Assembly (NCBI GenBank): GCA_951406725.2
Contig: OX597817.1
Span: forward strand, 27,776,001 to 27,840,000
DNA: 64,000 nucleotides
DNA from: Octopus vulgaris
Taxonomy: Eukaryota
Direction of reading: 5' to 3'
The notes below the pieces were generated by a model. The model did not search any database, was not told the DNA's origin, and worked only from the letters and a program-made list of their open reading frames with translations. Position numbers and translations under genes: made by a program. This document shows, piece by piece, positions 26,262-39,477 of the stretch; positions within the stretch are counted from its first letter, which is position 1; the number at the start of each line of letters is the position of its first letter.

Positions 26262-27112
26262 TGTGTATGTGTGTTTACTGCAACCAACTGTTGTGTCTTC
26301 TTATGCTATTTCATAACAGTTAAGTAGCGATTATCAAGTTGATAACTCTACGAAAAATGGATTTGACAATTAGAATTCTTTCTATAGCTACAAGTACAAA
26401 ACATTCTCTACTTAGGCTTATCTTCATGTTTCTTCGGTAGTTTTGACGTTTACGTATCTATGTCATTAGTAGTAGGTTCCTGAAAGGAAATACTATAACT
26501 CTCAATAGGAAGTTTCTTCGACGGATATAACTAAAAGAATAAACTGTTATTTAACAAGACTGATGATTGTGGCTCTAACTCTGGAGAGGATATTCATAGT
26601 ATATTCGCTGGATAGTCTCACACGCCAAATACGAGTATTCTTCTGTCTACATATATTTGTCTATCTGTATTCCTCTGTGTACGTAGATGTATCTCCAATG
26701 TTTATGACGATGAGAGTATTCCAGCTAATTCGTCAACTAAAATAAGTACTCATTGAACCACTGTGAGGGTAGATCAATAACTGAGTAACACGACAGGTAA
26801 GCATAATCATCACAATTTACAGGCACCTGTGCACCCGACGTAATCAAGCAAAATCAACGCTAGACAGTCTGTGACAAGGTAGGTCACCTATAGCCTATTC
26901 GACGGGATTACACAAATTCTGAGCACAATATTTCAATCAAAAGACTGATCTACCAGACGGTCTAGTGAACGCCATGTACGACCAAATGGTTGAGAAGCAA
27001 AGATACTAACCAAGCCATACAGCTGAAGCACAAGTATAAATACACAGATCCATGCACATATTTGTATGTGAATATATATGTATGCGTGTGCGTAGAGACA
27101 CACACACATATT

Positions 27113-27517
27113 ACTCTCTTACTCTTTACTCTTTTACTTGTTTCAGCCATTTGACTGTGGCCATGCTAGTGCACTGCCTTTAGTCGAGCAAATCGACCCC
27201 AGGACTTATTCTTTAGAAGCCTAGTACTTATTCTATCGGTCTCTTTTGCCGAACCGCTACGTTACGGGGACGTAAACACACCACTATCGGTTGTAAAATG
27301 ATGTTGGGAGGGACAAACACAGACACACAAACATATAAACACACATACATATATACATATATATGACGGGCTTCTTTCAGTTTCCCTCTACCAAATCCAC
27401 TCAAAGGCTTTGATCGGCCCGAGGCTATAGTAGAAGACACTTGCCCAAGGTGCCACGTAGTGGGACTGAACCCGGAACCATGTGGTTGGTAAGCAAACTA
27501 CATACCACACAGCCACT

Positions 27518-27520
<3 letters not shown>
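27113..27520 (-). mobile_element. SINE family 1, full length
   Basis: Complete head, CORE-like block, internal (TG/TA)n and tail. Confidence 0.93.
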
Positions 27521-27598
<78 letters not shown>

Positions 27599-28423
27599 GC
27601 TCAACAGGAATATGTGCATTTTGGTATGATTGTGTCTCTAAGCACATACGTCAAATGGGTGTTTATATTTAAAGATGAGTTGAGGAGTTGCAACCCTATT
27701 AATATCAAATGAAAAAAGAATACACAACATTTTCTTTTGATTTTAACGGACTTCCTAAATACCATATGAAGTTGCATTTGGAGATGAGAGATCAATCAGA
27801 GAAAAACATTGACTGAAATGTTAAAGTTTCAATGAAATAGATATGGAAATACAATATTTTCTTTTCATACCTCGATATTATTATTATCTTTTTATATTCG
27901 ATATGTACGCTGTTCATTCTTTTCAATATTGTCAGAAACAGAAAGAAAGCATTCAGCAGGAAAAAAAATCCCATAATTTAGAATTGATTATTACTATATG
28001 GAAACCTGTCATAGGCATTATTCGACCACCTGATATCAGTGAGTGATGCAGTCAATCGAATTGACCTCAAGTGCATCACTCACATACGTAGTAACCACAA
28101 GGTTGAGCGTGGACATTAAAATCTACATAGAGATAAATTGGCGAGACATACAAATTGTGATACAGTAATGCTCTTTAGTATCATATATTTCAAAATTATT
28201 TATTGTGCACTACAATTTGAGAACTACAGTATCGTTGTTTATGGGCTTCCGTCGAGTTAGTGAATAATATATTATATTAGCTAATATATACGTGAAGTAT
28301 ATTCGCCACTTAAATGTGGCTAACCATTAAGGGTGGTTGCTACTGTAGCTTGTTAGCCACATTTAAGTGGCAAATATACCTCACCTTGTCGTGCAGCTTT
28401 AGTTTATATCTCGTTCAGAGATT

Positions 28424-28465
<42 letters not shown>

Positions 28466-28477
28466 ACAATCTTATAT

Positions 28478-28856
28478 TACTCGAGCAAAACGCCACCCCG
28501 TACAATGGACGGTGCTAAGTTGTCAAACATTTAAACCAAATTTTCTCAAAACAACTTGTGCGACCATCCCATAGGTCTCCCCTTTGAGAAACACTGTTTT
28601 AACCTAAATTTGAGACACCAGCAAAAGAAGAAATAAAGATAGACTTTTTACTATTCCAAACAAAAGCGATTTTCCACGGCTTTATCGATTGCATTCTCAC
28701 CTGGAATCGATTTTTGTAATTTTTTCAAGACTTATACACGCCCTGATACTGTCGGTATCTACATATCAAATTTGAGCGCAACCGAATGGAAGATGCCCGA
28801 GATCCTAGAAGCCGCACACACAGACAGACAGACAGAACGGATTTTATATAAGAGAT
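28478..28856 (+). mobile_element. non-autonomous Helitron/DINE-1-like element
   Basis: 5' hairpin ccgt..acgg; 3' acatatcaaatttgagcgcaaccg...(acag)n...ttttatataagagat, typical of DINE-1/Lep1-like ends. Confidence 0.6.
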
Positions 28857-29285
28857 TATGCACAAGATTTTGAACGGTGAGAGTAAAAATGGAGCATCGC
28901 TGACACAATGTGGTTCCTTGAAAGTGCGCCGTATCTTGACCGATGTTTACAAATTTGCTCAGTATACAGCGAAAGATGTAAATATCCATAAATATATGCA
29001 CACCTATACATACACGCTCATACAGAAATTGTAAGCTTTTACACAATTTCCGTCTACAAAATGACGAAATGATGGTAGAATTTTATTTGGCCGAAACCTC
29101 TAGTAGTAGAATCGGAACAGGGCACCACTTGGTGAGAAATTTTAACAACGCAAACTCGCCTGGGCTGTCAAACGTATATAATTATATACGCACGGGCTTG
29201 CGCGCACACATACTGTTACATAGATAGATAAACACACAGACGGCCGACGCACATACAGAGAGCCAGACAGATAGATAGATAAATG

Positions 29286-29340
<55 letters not shown>

Positions 29341-30393
29341 GGGATGCAGGAGATAAATAAACAGTTGGTACAGTGAAATATATAAAGCCATCAGTATATA
29401 TATATATATATATATATATAAAACTAGATACATAGATAGGTTTTTAAGGAGGGGAGAAATAGCGATAGGAAACATAATAGAGTGAGCAAAGTTCTTTATT
29501 CTATGGAAATAGGAAGAAGCAAGAAGATATAAAATACGTACAGAATATTTTAAAATTATGGAGGAATACATGGAGCGTAAGTAATTTAAACTCCACGGCA
29601 ACTACAAAAGATTGAAATTGGAAATTTCTAACCTTTAAACTGAGATATGAAAGTGATATTCAAGATAGGATAAGTAGAATCTTTAGAAAAAAGGAAGAAA
29701 TGATCGCATTATTTTTCTTTGCTCCTTACGTCTTGGGTTCAAATTACGCTTGGTCTCAGTTGGTGTTTCATGCTTCCTGGACCGATAAATATGGTATTAT
29801 GCAAGTGATATAGCTGATATAATCGAAAGTACACTTCACTCTGGTTTTTAAGTCCATGTTCCTATTTTAGGAACGATTATTAAAAGAATATGATATTTGT
29901 ATATCGGACGCCAGATGTGTTGATATGTTTATGAGATGGATCTTCGTCACTTTCAGCGATGGAGATTCAGTTATTTCATCAACGCACTTATACATACACA
30001 CACATCTATTCACTCGTATATATAACACATACACACACATACGCTTTAAAACCACAAATTTTTCACTATTAAAATACACACGGAGAATGCAATGAATATA
30101 ACAGAAATAGGCTTACCTTGTATGAACTGCAGAAATAAGGCTTACAGATATTCTGGAATGAACTGATTACGCGTTTTGGAGGAATATACTTAAAGCTCTT
30201 CAGCCAGACTTACTGTAAATCACATTATTTACATTATTTACATTGGACGGATATCTGTTCTCTTCTTGTTTGTAGTTAACACAACGTTTCATCAGATGTT
30301 TTGGGGAAATTTCGAACCTACGTTAACAACAAACAAGATGAGGACAAAGATCCGTTAAATGTAAGTAATTCATCATCTCTTAAATATAGAACT

Positions 30394-30930
30394 CAATTGC
30401 AGCGTGGAAGGTGTTTGTAAGCCATTTAAGAAACACACAAAAGCCGTTAGATTCACTTCAACATTTAAGTTTAATTTGTCAAAATATTTTCGTCGCTATA
30501 AGACCGCGACCTGTTCACTGACAAAAATCAGTGCTGCATCTGAAATATATTTCAACTAAAATAAAAGGCTGATTAACGGCAGATCCTTACAAACCATGGT
30601 TGCTAGTTTAGCAATATGTATACGCCCACGAAGTTACATGCAAGAAAAAAAACGCAAGTTCTTATAATACTGAATTAATACCCCAAATAGTGTATAAGCT
30701 TCCTGGAGTAGTGTATAAAATAAAGGGTCTTACATAATTACATATTGAATGATGGATTATCATTACTAAGGTTTGCATACTACATATTAGGAAAATTCAT
30801 AAATGTTGAAGTGAATCGAACGGCTTTTGTGTGTTTCTTAAATGGCTTACAAACACCTTCCACGCTGCAATTGTTTTCGTTCCAGCACACGATCTCAGAT
30901 CAAATCACTTGCTATGCAAGTACATCTCCG
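30394..30930. mobile_element. PLE-like non-autonomous element with 74-bp inverted arms, one-sided tail and HHR
   Basis: Arms 30394-30467 / 30800-30873 (1 mismatch), 57-bp tail, exact 13-bp TSD taaatatagaact at 30381-30393 and 30931-30943. Confidence 0.85.
30476..30524 (-). ncRNA. minimal type I hammerhead ribozyme, G3:C8 core variant
   Basis: UUGUCA-GUGAACA-G-GUCGC-ggucuuaua-GCGAC-GAA-AAUAUU-U-UGACAA: 6-bp stem I, 5-bp stem II, palindromic stem III. Confidence 0.75.
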
Positions 30931-31855
30931 TAAATATAGAACTGTTTTACTGTAAATCATCTATTTTTGAAATGTTCTTCACCATTTCACCGTGAGCGTT
31001 CTTACATTTGAATGCCCCCGCGACGTTCAAAAACAAACATAATGTGAGCCAGTACAATATAAAATTAAATAAGATACTATTACCATTGTTAATAATGTGT
31101 GTGTCTGTGTGTGTGTGTGTGCTTGTGTTTGTGCGCGCGCACATATTGACTCGAAAACCTCACACAAATCAATATTTATGAACATATCACAATATAGATA
31201 TAAAGGTAGTGCGGAAGTCTTTGCTGTACTAATGCCGTTCAAAATTAGATTTTTATGAAGGGTGATGTATCGACTAATATTTTAATATATGTGTGTTCTG
31301 GCACGTTGGCAGCTTGTACGTGTCTGTGTGTGCAAGCGCACACGTGTGTATGTGCAGAAGAGAAATATAATATCTGATGTTGCTTCAGTGCATAACGATA
31401 AATGTTGTTTTCAAGTTAAAAGAGATGGGAATGATAATGAAATCTGCAGTGTTGGGGGAAGTCTATGTTACTGTAGAAAGATGTGACTCGTTGCTACATC
31501 ACTTGTCAGAGTGAACTTACAGGGTGTGTACAGTCTTTGGAATTTAAATGTGTAATTGATCAATGTATCAGATAGAAAAGTCGAATCACTGTTTGTTATA
31601 TTATCAATTGTCAACCACTACACGTACGAATGGATTTCTCGTAAGAGAAGATGTATTATTGGAAGGCAGACCACTGAGAACTTTTGCATGAAGGAGAAAC
31701 TACTGAAATTTATTGGATGGTGATAGTAAGCAATACATATATTTTACAGGGGAATAAAACATTAAAAGATGCTATACATTATAGAAAGAACTGTTCTTCA
31801 GAAACTGTATGTGTTGAATGATAAAGTTAATGTGTGTTTAATCATTACTTAAATG

Positions 31856-31894
<39 letters not shown>

Positions 31895-31900
<6 letters not shown>

Positions 31901-32144
31901 TAGTTATCGCCAAGCTAACATGGCAGTCCAGAAAAATATGACGAATGCTGCCGTTGATTAGCTCCAAGAGGTTATCACCTCTAGCTAGCTATGTGACACG
32001 CAAACCTGTGTCCAAAGGTTATAATGAAGACAGGTTTGTGTGTCACATAGCTAGCTAGAAGCGATGGCCTTTTGGAGCTAATCAACGGCAGTATTTGTCC
32101 TAATTTTCTAGACTGCCATATTAGATTGGTGATAACTGTTAATA
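31895..32144. mobile_element. imperfect ~115-bp-arm hairpin element related to 42032-42485
   Basis: 31895-32009 pairs with 32030-32144; shares ttagc.ccaagag...ctgtgtcc with the 42 kb arms. Confidence 0.8.
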
Positions 32145-32699
32145 TTCAGTACCGCTGCCGTAGTCTCTTTTAGAGAGAATTAGAAATAATGATATTTCTA
32201 TATATATTTAGTACGGGTATAAATGATAAGCAATTGACGTGTATAGAGGCAAACTCGTTGCAAGTTCAAATATGCTTGAAGTATATACGAATCCGTAAGG
32301 AAGCCTTTTTCTGTGTTTTGTCATAGACAAATAAGAGTAAATACACCGTGTCAGCTCGCAGCACTCCCTAACCAGACTGCTGGGTGCATACGACAAAGAT
32401 AGGAAAGGCGTATGCTGTGAATTGACATGGGAGACAGGTCTCACTTCTTATATTCTTGTCATAGTTGAATGACTGGTCGCGCTATTCGGAGGCTCGTAGT
32501 AAATTAAATACGGGGAGACAGTGATAAGTAGTGATGTGCATAAATTCAAACTTGGGCGCTCCTTTTGAAACGCACCTCTCCAAAAAGAAAAATGAAATGC
32601 AATTGAAAACAAAGTTATGAAAATGGAAAATATATACAAAATAAATAATGTATGCAAAAATTTAGAAAGATTCATCCATTTTTAAATTGTTACAAAGAA

Positions 32700-32950
32700 G
32701 GCAATGGCCTAAAGGTTGGATTATGTGATCATTCAGAACTAGTATAAAGAAATCTGTTAGATTTGTCGAAAATATTTGTTCCGAGTCACCTAGACTATTG
32801 CGCCCAATTATGGGCACCGTTTAGCCGCAAATAAGAGCAGTATTCAAGGCGAACCAACGCTAGTACACCACGTACAACAAATGAGCTAGTGAGAGAGGCT
32901 AAAATAATTCACTCTCTACTCTCCAGAAGTTAAACGCGAAAAATATCCAG
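32700..32950 (+). pseudogene. CR1/L2-group LINE ORF2 C-terminal relic
   Basis: GWIM*SFRT, FVPSHLDYCAQLWAP and ERLK*FTLYS resemble the LVRPHLEYC..W.P / ERLK.L.LYSL motifs. Confidence 0.7.
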
Positions 32951-33181
32951 TATGTGCATGCGCGCATTCATAATCATAAGATCGGAATTCTGAGATTCCA
33001 GGAGCGGGCGATACGTTATACTTCTATAGTCCATTCAGCTAACAAAACTGAGAACCCTATCGACGGACCGATCTACCATCTTTGTGGAGGTGGGTGATAT
33101 TATACGCCATATAATACGGGAAATCGGACTTATGGAGCTTTGGCAGAGGATGAACTTTCGATCCTTTCTTTGATATATATG

Positions 33182-33225
<44 letters not shown>

Positions 33226-33240
33226 ATTTATATATATTTT

Positions 33241-33643
33241 TTATTCTTTTACTTGTTTCACTCATTTGACTGCGGCCATGCTGGAGCACCGTCTTAACTG
33301 GTTTTAATCGACCGCTTTGTTAATTTATTCTATCGATGTCTTTTGCTGAACCACCTATTAGGGGGACGTAAACACACCAGCATCTGTTGTCAAGCGATGG
33401 TGGGGGACACAGATACACAAATACTCACACGCACGCACACACACATACATATATATACATATGTATGTATATATATATATACGACAGGCTTCTTTCAGTT
33501 TCCGTCTACCAAACCCACTCACAAGGCTTTGGTCGGCCCGAGGCTATATTAGAAAACACTTGCCCAAGGTGCCAGGCAGTGGGACTGAACCGGAACCATC
33601 TGGTTGAAAAGCAAGCTTCTTACCGCTCAGCCACGCCTGCACC
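33241..33643 (-). mobile_element. SINE family 1
   Basis: Head, CORE-like block and tail match the 27113 copy. Confidence 0.9.
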
Positions 33644-34451
33644 TATATATATATATATATATAAAGAGAGAGAGTGAGAGATAGAGAGATACAAACACAC
33701 AGACAGAAACATTTGGTAATTTGTACTTCATAATAATATCTCGCACAAGCTTTGCGAAACTGGAAGATTCAAGACACCACAATATGTATTATTTTAGAGT
33801 TAGTATTTAATGTTTTACGTCGTCAATGTGTGCGAATCTGTGTTTCTGTGCGTGCATGATTGTGAGCGTGTGTCTGAGTGTATCTACGAACATGTCTGTC
33901 TCTGTGCATGTACGATGAATGCCTAAATATAGAGATTCATACATTCGGGAACTGTTTAATATGTGCTTGTATATAGCGTACAGAATACTTGGAATGCTGG
34001 AATTTTCTATGTATACGAACGCATGTGCTATTTAGATTTTAAATTGTTGAATTTCAGCTGAAATAAAGCTATTGGTAAACTTCTATCAAAACTGAAAGAA
34101 ACTCAGTGATGACGTAATAAGGAAACACAGAGAGAAATTGAGGTTAAGAGGTAGGAAAAAAAGACAGCAAAATTTAGTGTGAAAATTGGAAAGCAATGCC
34201 GGTAGGAGTCAAATATTGAGGGAAGCGACACTAAATGAGTGATGAGGTGTATTGTAACCTGCAACCACAAATTGATTTTTTTTTTTGTGGTAAAGTGCAG
34301 TCTGTTTGAGAATAAAATCAAAATCCAACATATTCTTTGAGGTGAATAAATTGATAAAGAAAATATCTGCTAATTTAAAGTGGCGAAGAGAAAATAAAGG
34401 AAAGCAAAATTGGAATCGATATGGAAAATAGAAAATAGAAAACAGCATATG

Positions 34452-34500
<49 letters not shown>

Positions 34501-35553
34501 AAATTAATTTCAATAAAAGGAGAGCAGATAGAAAAAAGCAAAATATAGATGCTTTATAAAAGGAAAGCAACATTATGAAATTCCTCTACTTTGTAGCTGT
34601 CGTTTGCGTCATGATTGAATTTCTCCAAAGATATGGTAGCATGAGTTAATGACAAATCTTTTAGGCGTTCATAAATATTACCAGATCATGTTCGTCTGCG
34701 AAAGCCGATCAGCCAGCTGGTGATGAAATGGCTCTTCTTATTAAATTTAATGGGTGAATGAACATGGAAAATTTATTTTCTAATTTGTATTTTCAGAACC
34801 ACTCACAAGATTTTGCACGTATTCATGTTCCCTACCACCAACCAAAAAAAAAAAAAAAAAATCATATATTATATCCTTTTCGTTTTCAAAAAGCGTTCAG
34901 TTATACATATCTGTGTTTGTGTAAGTCGGTGCGCACGCACGCGTGCACGTGATTTCAAACTGTCACCCAATTCATAAAGAAAGACACGTTCATCCATGCA
35001 CATCGACGGCTTTCTGCACAAACGTAAACACACAAGTACACACATACGTAGGTTTATTCAACATACCTACGTCTATTCACACGCACATGTATGCATATGT
35101 GTTTGCGTACGTGTCAACACAAGTACATTGTCTTTATACAGTCGTATGTACACATCATATATAATTTCGAAAAAGATTAAGGTAAGCTTAAAATTGACAT
35201 ATTTCAATGAACATCCATATAATATTCCCTTTTTCTTTTTCGATGTTCCTATATAATTATTATATAAAATATATAGACTTACATTAAAGAACCATCTCTA
35301 GCATTCCATAAACAAACTCGTACTAGCATACATATACACATATATGCATAAATGTGTGTGTGTGTGTGTGTGTGAGCTCAGCAACACACAACTCTGACAT
35401 ATGGTAATTTTGATTTGGATACCGATTCTTTTGTGAGATGTAATTAAAATTATTTTTCGTTTTCCATTTTCCTTTATTTAAAACGATTTCGTGTTGTTTG
35501 CAGTTGCTGAAAAGAATGCAATATCCAATAAATCTAAGGCCGCTTTCAATCGA

Positions 35554-35555
<2 letters not shown>

Positions 35556-35589
<34 letters not shown>

Positions 35590-35691
35590 CAGTAGTAGTA
35601 GTAGTAGTTGGTGGTGGTGGTGGTGGTGGTGGTAGTAGTAGTAGTGATGGTGGTGGCGGTGGTGGTGGTGGTGGTAGTAGTAGTAGTGGTG

Positions 35692-35741
<50 letters not shown>

Positions 35742-35982
35742 GGTGGTGGTGGTGGTAGTAGTAGTAGTGGTGGTAATGCTGGTGGTGGTGGTAGTAGTAG
35801 TAGTAGTAGTGGTGGTAGTTGTGGTGGTGGTGGTAGTAGTAGTAGTAGTAGTAATAGTGGTGGTAGTGGTGGTGGTAGTAGTAGTAGTAGTGGTGGTGGT
35901 GGTGGTGGTAGTAGTAGTTGTAGTAGTAGTAGTAGTACTCGTGGTGGTGGTGATAGTAGTAGTAATAGTAGTAGTAGTAGTG

Positions 35983-36024
<42 letters not shown>

Positions 36025-36135
36025 ATAGTGGTAGTGGCGGCGGCGGCGGCAGCAGCAGTAGTAGTAGTAGTAATAGCAGCGACGGCAGTAGGTAACAGCA
36101 GCGGTAACAGCAGTGGTAGCGAAAGCAGCGGCAGC
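35556..36135. repeat. (GTA/GTG/GCA)n trinucleotide array
   Basis: Visible; gives the poly-V/poly-T ORFs. Confidence 0.95.
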
Positions 36136-36360
36136 AATGGGGCCAAGAAATAATTAGCTTATCTATATTGATTTGATAGAAACAATATATTTTGAAAAGT
36201 ATCTCAAACCGAGGTGATTGGCAAAAACACTTTATTTATTATTTATTGTTAGATTTACTCTTTTTACTTATTTCCCGAAATGCAGCAGCTATATAGCCAG
36301 TTACGATAAAATTGATTTCTGTTTAAGCGATATTTTATATTCAATTTATCTAGGATAGGA

Positions 36361-36724
<364 letters not shown>

Positions 36725-37476
36725 AGCTGTGTGTACGGGGAGAGAGAGAAAGAGGTTGAAAGAGAAAACTGCGAGATAGAGAGAAAGACATACTTGCACA
36801 AAATAGTTTATCTTTAAACACCTACCCGTGCATACTTCGGCTGCGACACCAAGAGAGAGACAGGTAGACAGAAATGTGAGATCTGGTATACAGCTTGATA
36901 CCCTCGATGTGAAATTAATTTCACCGTTAAAGTATATTTCGTTTAAGCCATGTAAGCAAGGGACGATCTTATGTCTCGTGTATCGTTTAGCTGTGTTTTT
37001 GTAGAAGCCCTGCAAGACAGATTCGAAACTATATTGGGCATACTACACCCTTGTTGAAATTATTTATTATCTTTCTGCATATAATTCTCTTTATGATTCT
37101 TTAAAATGATGCTGTACTGTTTTTTGTTTACCTGAGCCTGTCTGCAAACTTTATTACTTGATGTGCATGCTTTTCCCAACATTTGTGGTAATCGAACAGC
37201 GTCCTTGCAGATGGTATAAAGTATTTTCAAAGTTCTAATAATGCTAGCTTTGTATGATTTCAGGAGTAGAATTAGGTCATCTGGTCTCAGAACTAATGCA
37301 GATTATTGGCTCTGTTACTGTTATATGCTTTAAAATGCTATGAGAATTTATCCTGGCAACCCAAATATTCTTTCTTACGACTGAGAAGTCGCTTTAACGT
37401 TGCCGTTAGAATAAATAGCAAATCTGAAAAGGATCCTTCCCCATTTATCCTCATACTTGTTTTGTCCATCACTTCC

Positions 37477-37860
37477 GGTGAGGCGCAATGACCCAGTGGT
37501 TAGGGCAGCGGACTCGCGGTCGTAGGATTGTGGTTTCGATTCCCAGACCGGGCGTTGTGAGTGTTTATTGAGCGAAAACACCTACAGTTCCACGAGGCAC
37601 CGGCAGGGATAGTGGTGATCCCTGCTGTACTCTTTCACCACAACTTTCTCTCACTCTTACTTCCTGTTTCTGTTGTACCTGTATTTCAAAGGGCCGGCTT
37701 GTCACTCTCTGTGTCACGCTGAATATCCCCGAGAACTACGTTAAGGGTACACGTGTCTATGGAGTGCTCAGCCACCTACACGCTAATTTCACGAGCAGGC
37801 TGTTCCGTTGATTCGGATCAACCGGAACCCTCATCGTCGTAACCGACGGAGTGCTTCCAC
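37477..37860 (+). mobile_element. tRNA-Arg-like SINE family 3 (OR-type), tail X
   Basis: Head cagtggttagggcagcggactcgcggtc...gtttcgattccc (TCG anticodon-like); TSD atcacttcc on both sides. Confidence 0.9.
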
Positions 37861-38130
37861 TATCACTTCCACCTCTGCACTATTCCCAGTCTTTTCTTCC
37901 CAGTGCATCGGCACTTTAGAATCTCCTCTCTGCTCATGTTTTCTTCCTGCAAATGTTGTCATGCGATAGTTTAAATAAATAACATTACCGGCAACTACCA
38001 CGCCAGCCTCAAAGAACTTGCAGGATACATAGTCCCTGTATATCACACGAAAATGAGCAAGTAAAATATAAAAATATGAACATAAAAACAGCAGGAAATA
38101 TTTTATTTCGGACGATTCTCCTAGAATATG

Positions 38131-38221
38131 AGCTCTCTCCACATGAAGTTTAACTGGAGCGTACACAAATTAAATTCTCATCAAATAGAGGGAATATACC
38201 AACTTAAGTACGTTAAATCTT
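38131..38221 (+). repeat. ~90-bp direct repeat; second copy at 39410-39911 is split by a SINE
   Basis: agctctctccacatgaagtttaac...aaatagagggaatataccaacttaa.tacgttaaatctt occurs twice. Confidence 0.9.
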
Positions 38222-39477
38222 TTGATATCTGAGAGGTCTTTACTTTTTTACAGTAGCATTTCAGAGCAGCCTCAAATATTTTTGATATTTCAACAATATT
38301 TTTCAAATTTATCAGTGAGGTTTGGAGATTTAGCATTGTAGGCACTTATATACTATTCTAAGCAAAGTTCTTATAATATTGGTTCGTTGTTTTGGGGCGA
38401 TTCTCTGAAGATTTTTATTTACATTTTCTTTTTTTTTTTATTATTATTATTCATCCTCTTCTTATCTGGGCAAGTGTCTGATTAATCGTTTTCTGTTGAG
38501 TAATTATCAATTATTTGTGAAATATCTCAGGTTAACAAGGTGATGAGGCTGCCTCTAGGTATTTATATGCACACATACTTATGTATATACGTATGCGTGT
38601 ATGCATGCAAAATATTTAAATTCCTCTTACATACAGAATACATGTATTTTCAAATTATAATGACAAATAATATTTGTCGCCACTCCAATATGGCTGCTTC
38701 AAATTATAATGATTATATATATTCATATATACTTTATAAAATGTATATGTTCAAGTATATGTTTATTGTGGGGTAATGTTTTAAATAATGAAGCGTTATC
38801 AGTTTTCTTACTTTATGCAATGTGCTGCTTTGCGTTTATACTGTACTGTATTGTAATTTTCTTCCATCACATTACGAATTTACGTATATATTCAGTGAGT
38901 AAATTTAACTTTGACAATTAATCGAAAGTTACATTGAAAGATTTTCAATTCTGAGATTTGCATTGTAAAATAAATATGCTATTTTGTCGTCGAATAATTG
39001 ATTCGAATTTCTCTGTGAGATTTCGTGAATAAGGAAATATTTAGATTAGTTGTACAGTAGCTAATTTAAGTGCTATTTGTGTGGGATTTCTTAAAGCCCA
39101 AGAGAAATAACTATTATTGTGAACTGAAAATCAGAAAATTATCTACGAAGGTAATATTTGTTTAGGTTTCAAATTCACTATGTGATAACTAAAAAGTTGA
39201 TTTTATCTTATGTTTGATGAAACCAAGAATTCTTTTTATATTTTTATATTTCATAATTTCGTAATTTATTCCTTCATATTTGAAACACATTATACATTGG
39301 GAGATTTTTTATTGCTACTCAATTGTGAAATTAGTTCAAACAATTGTCGCTCGAACTTTGTTTGATTAACGGAACACTACTAAAGCATCGCGTATTATCA
39401 CGATGTAAATAGCTCTCTCCACATGAAGTTTAACCGGAGCGTAGACAAATTAAACTCTCATCAAATAGAGGGAATAT

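Larger units (their letters stand above)
30223..30946. mobile_element. truncated inverted copy of the tRNA-HHR element family (same family as 44744-45530)
   Basis: Arms 30223-30319 (-) and 30322-30393 plus 30944-30946 (+) match the 45 kb element; exact 13-bp TSD ttactgtaaatca at 30210-30222 and 30947-30959. Confidence 0.85.

Noticed and set aside
35478-36153. mucin-like poly-Thr ORF with an apparent signal peptide
   Set aside because: A (GTA/GTG)n array; the leader is also repeat-derived and there is no splice or homology support.
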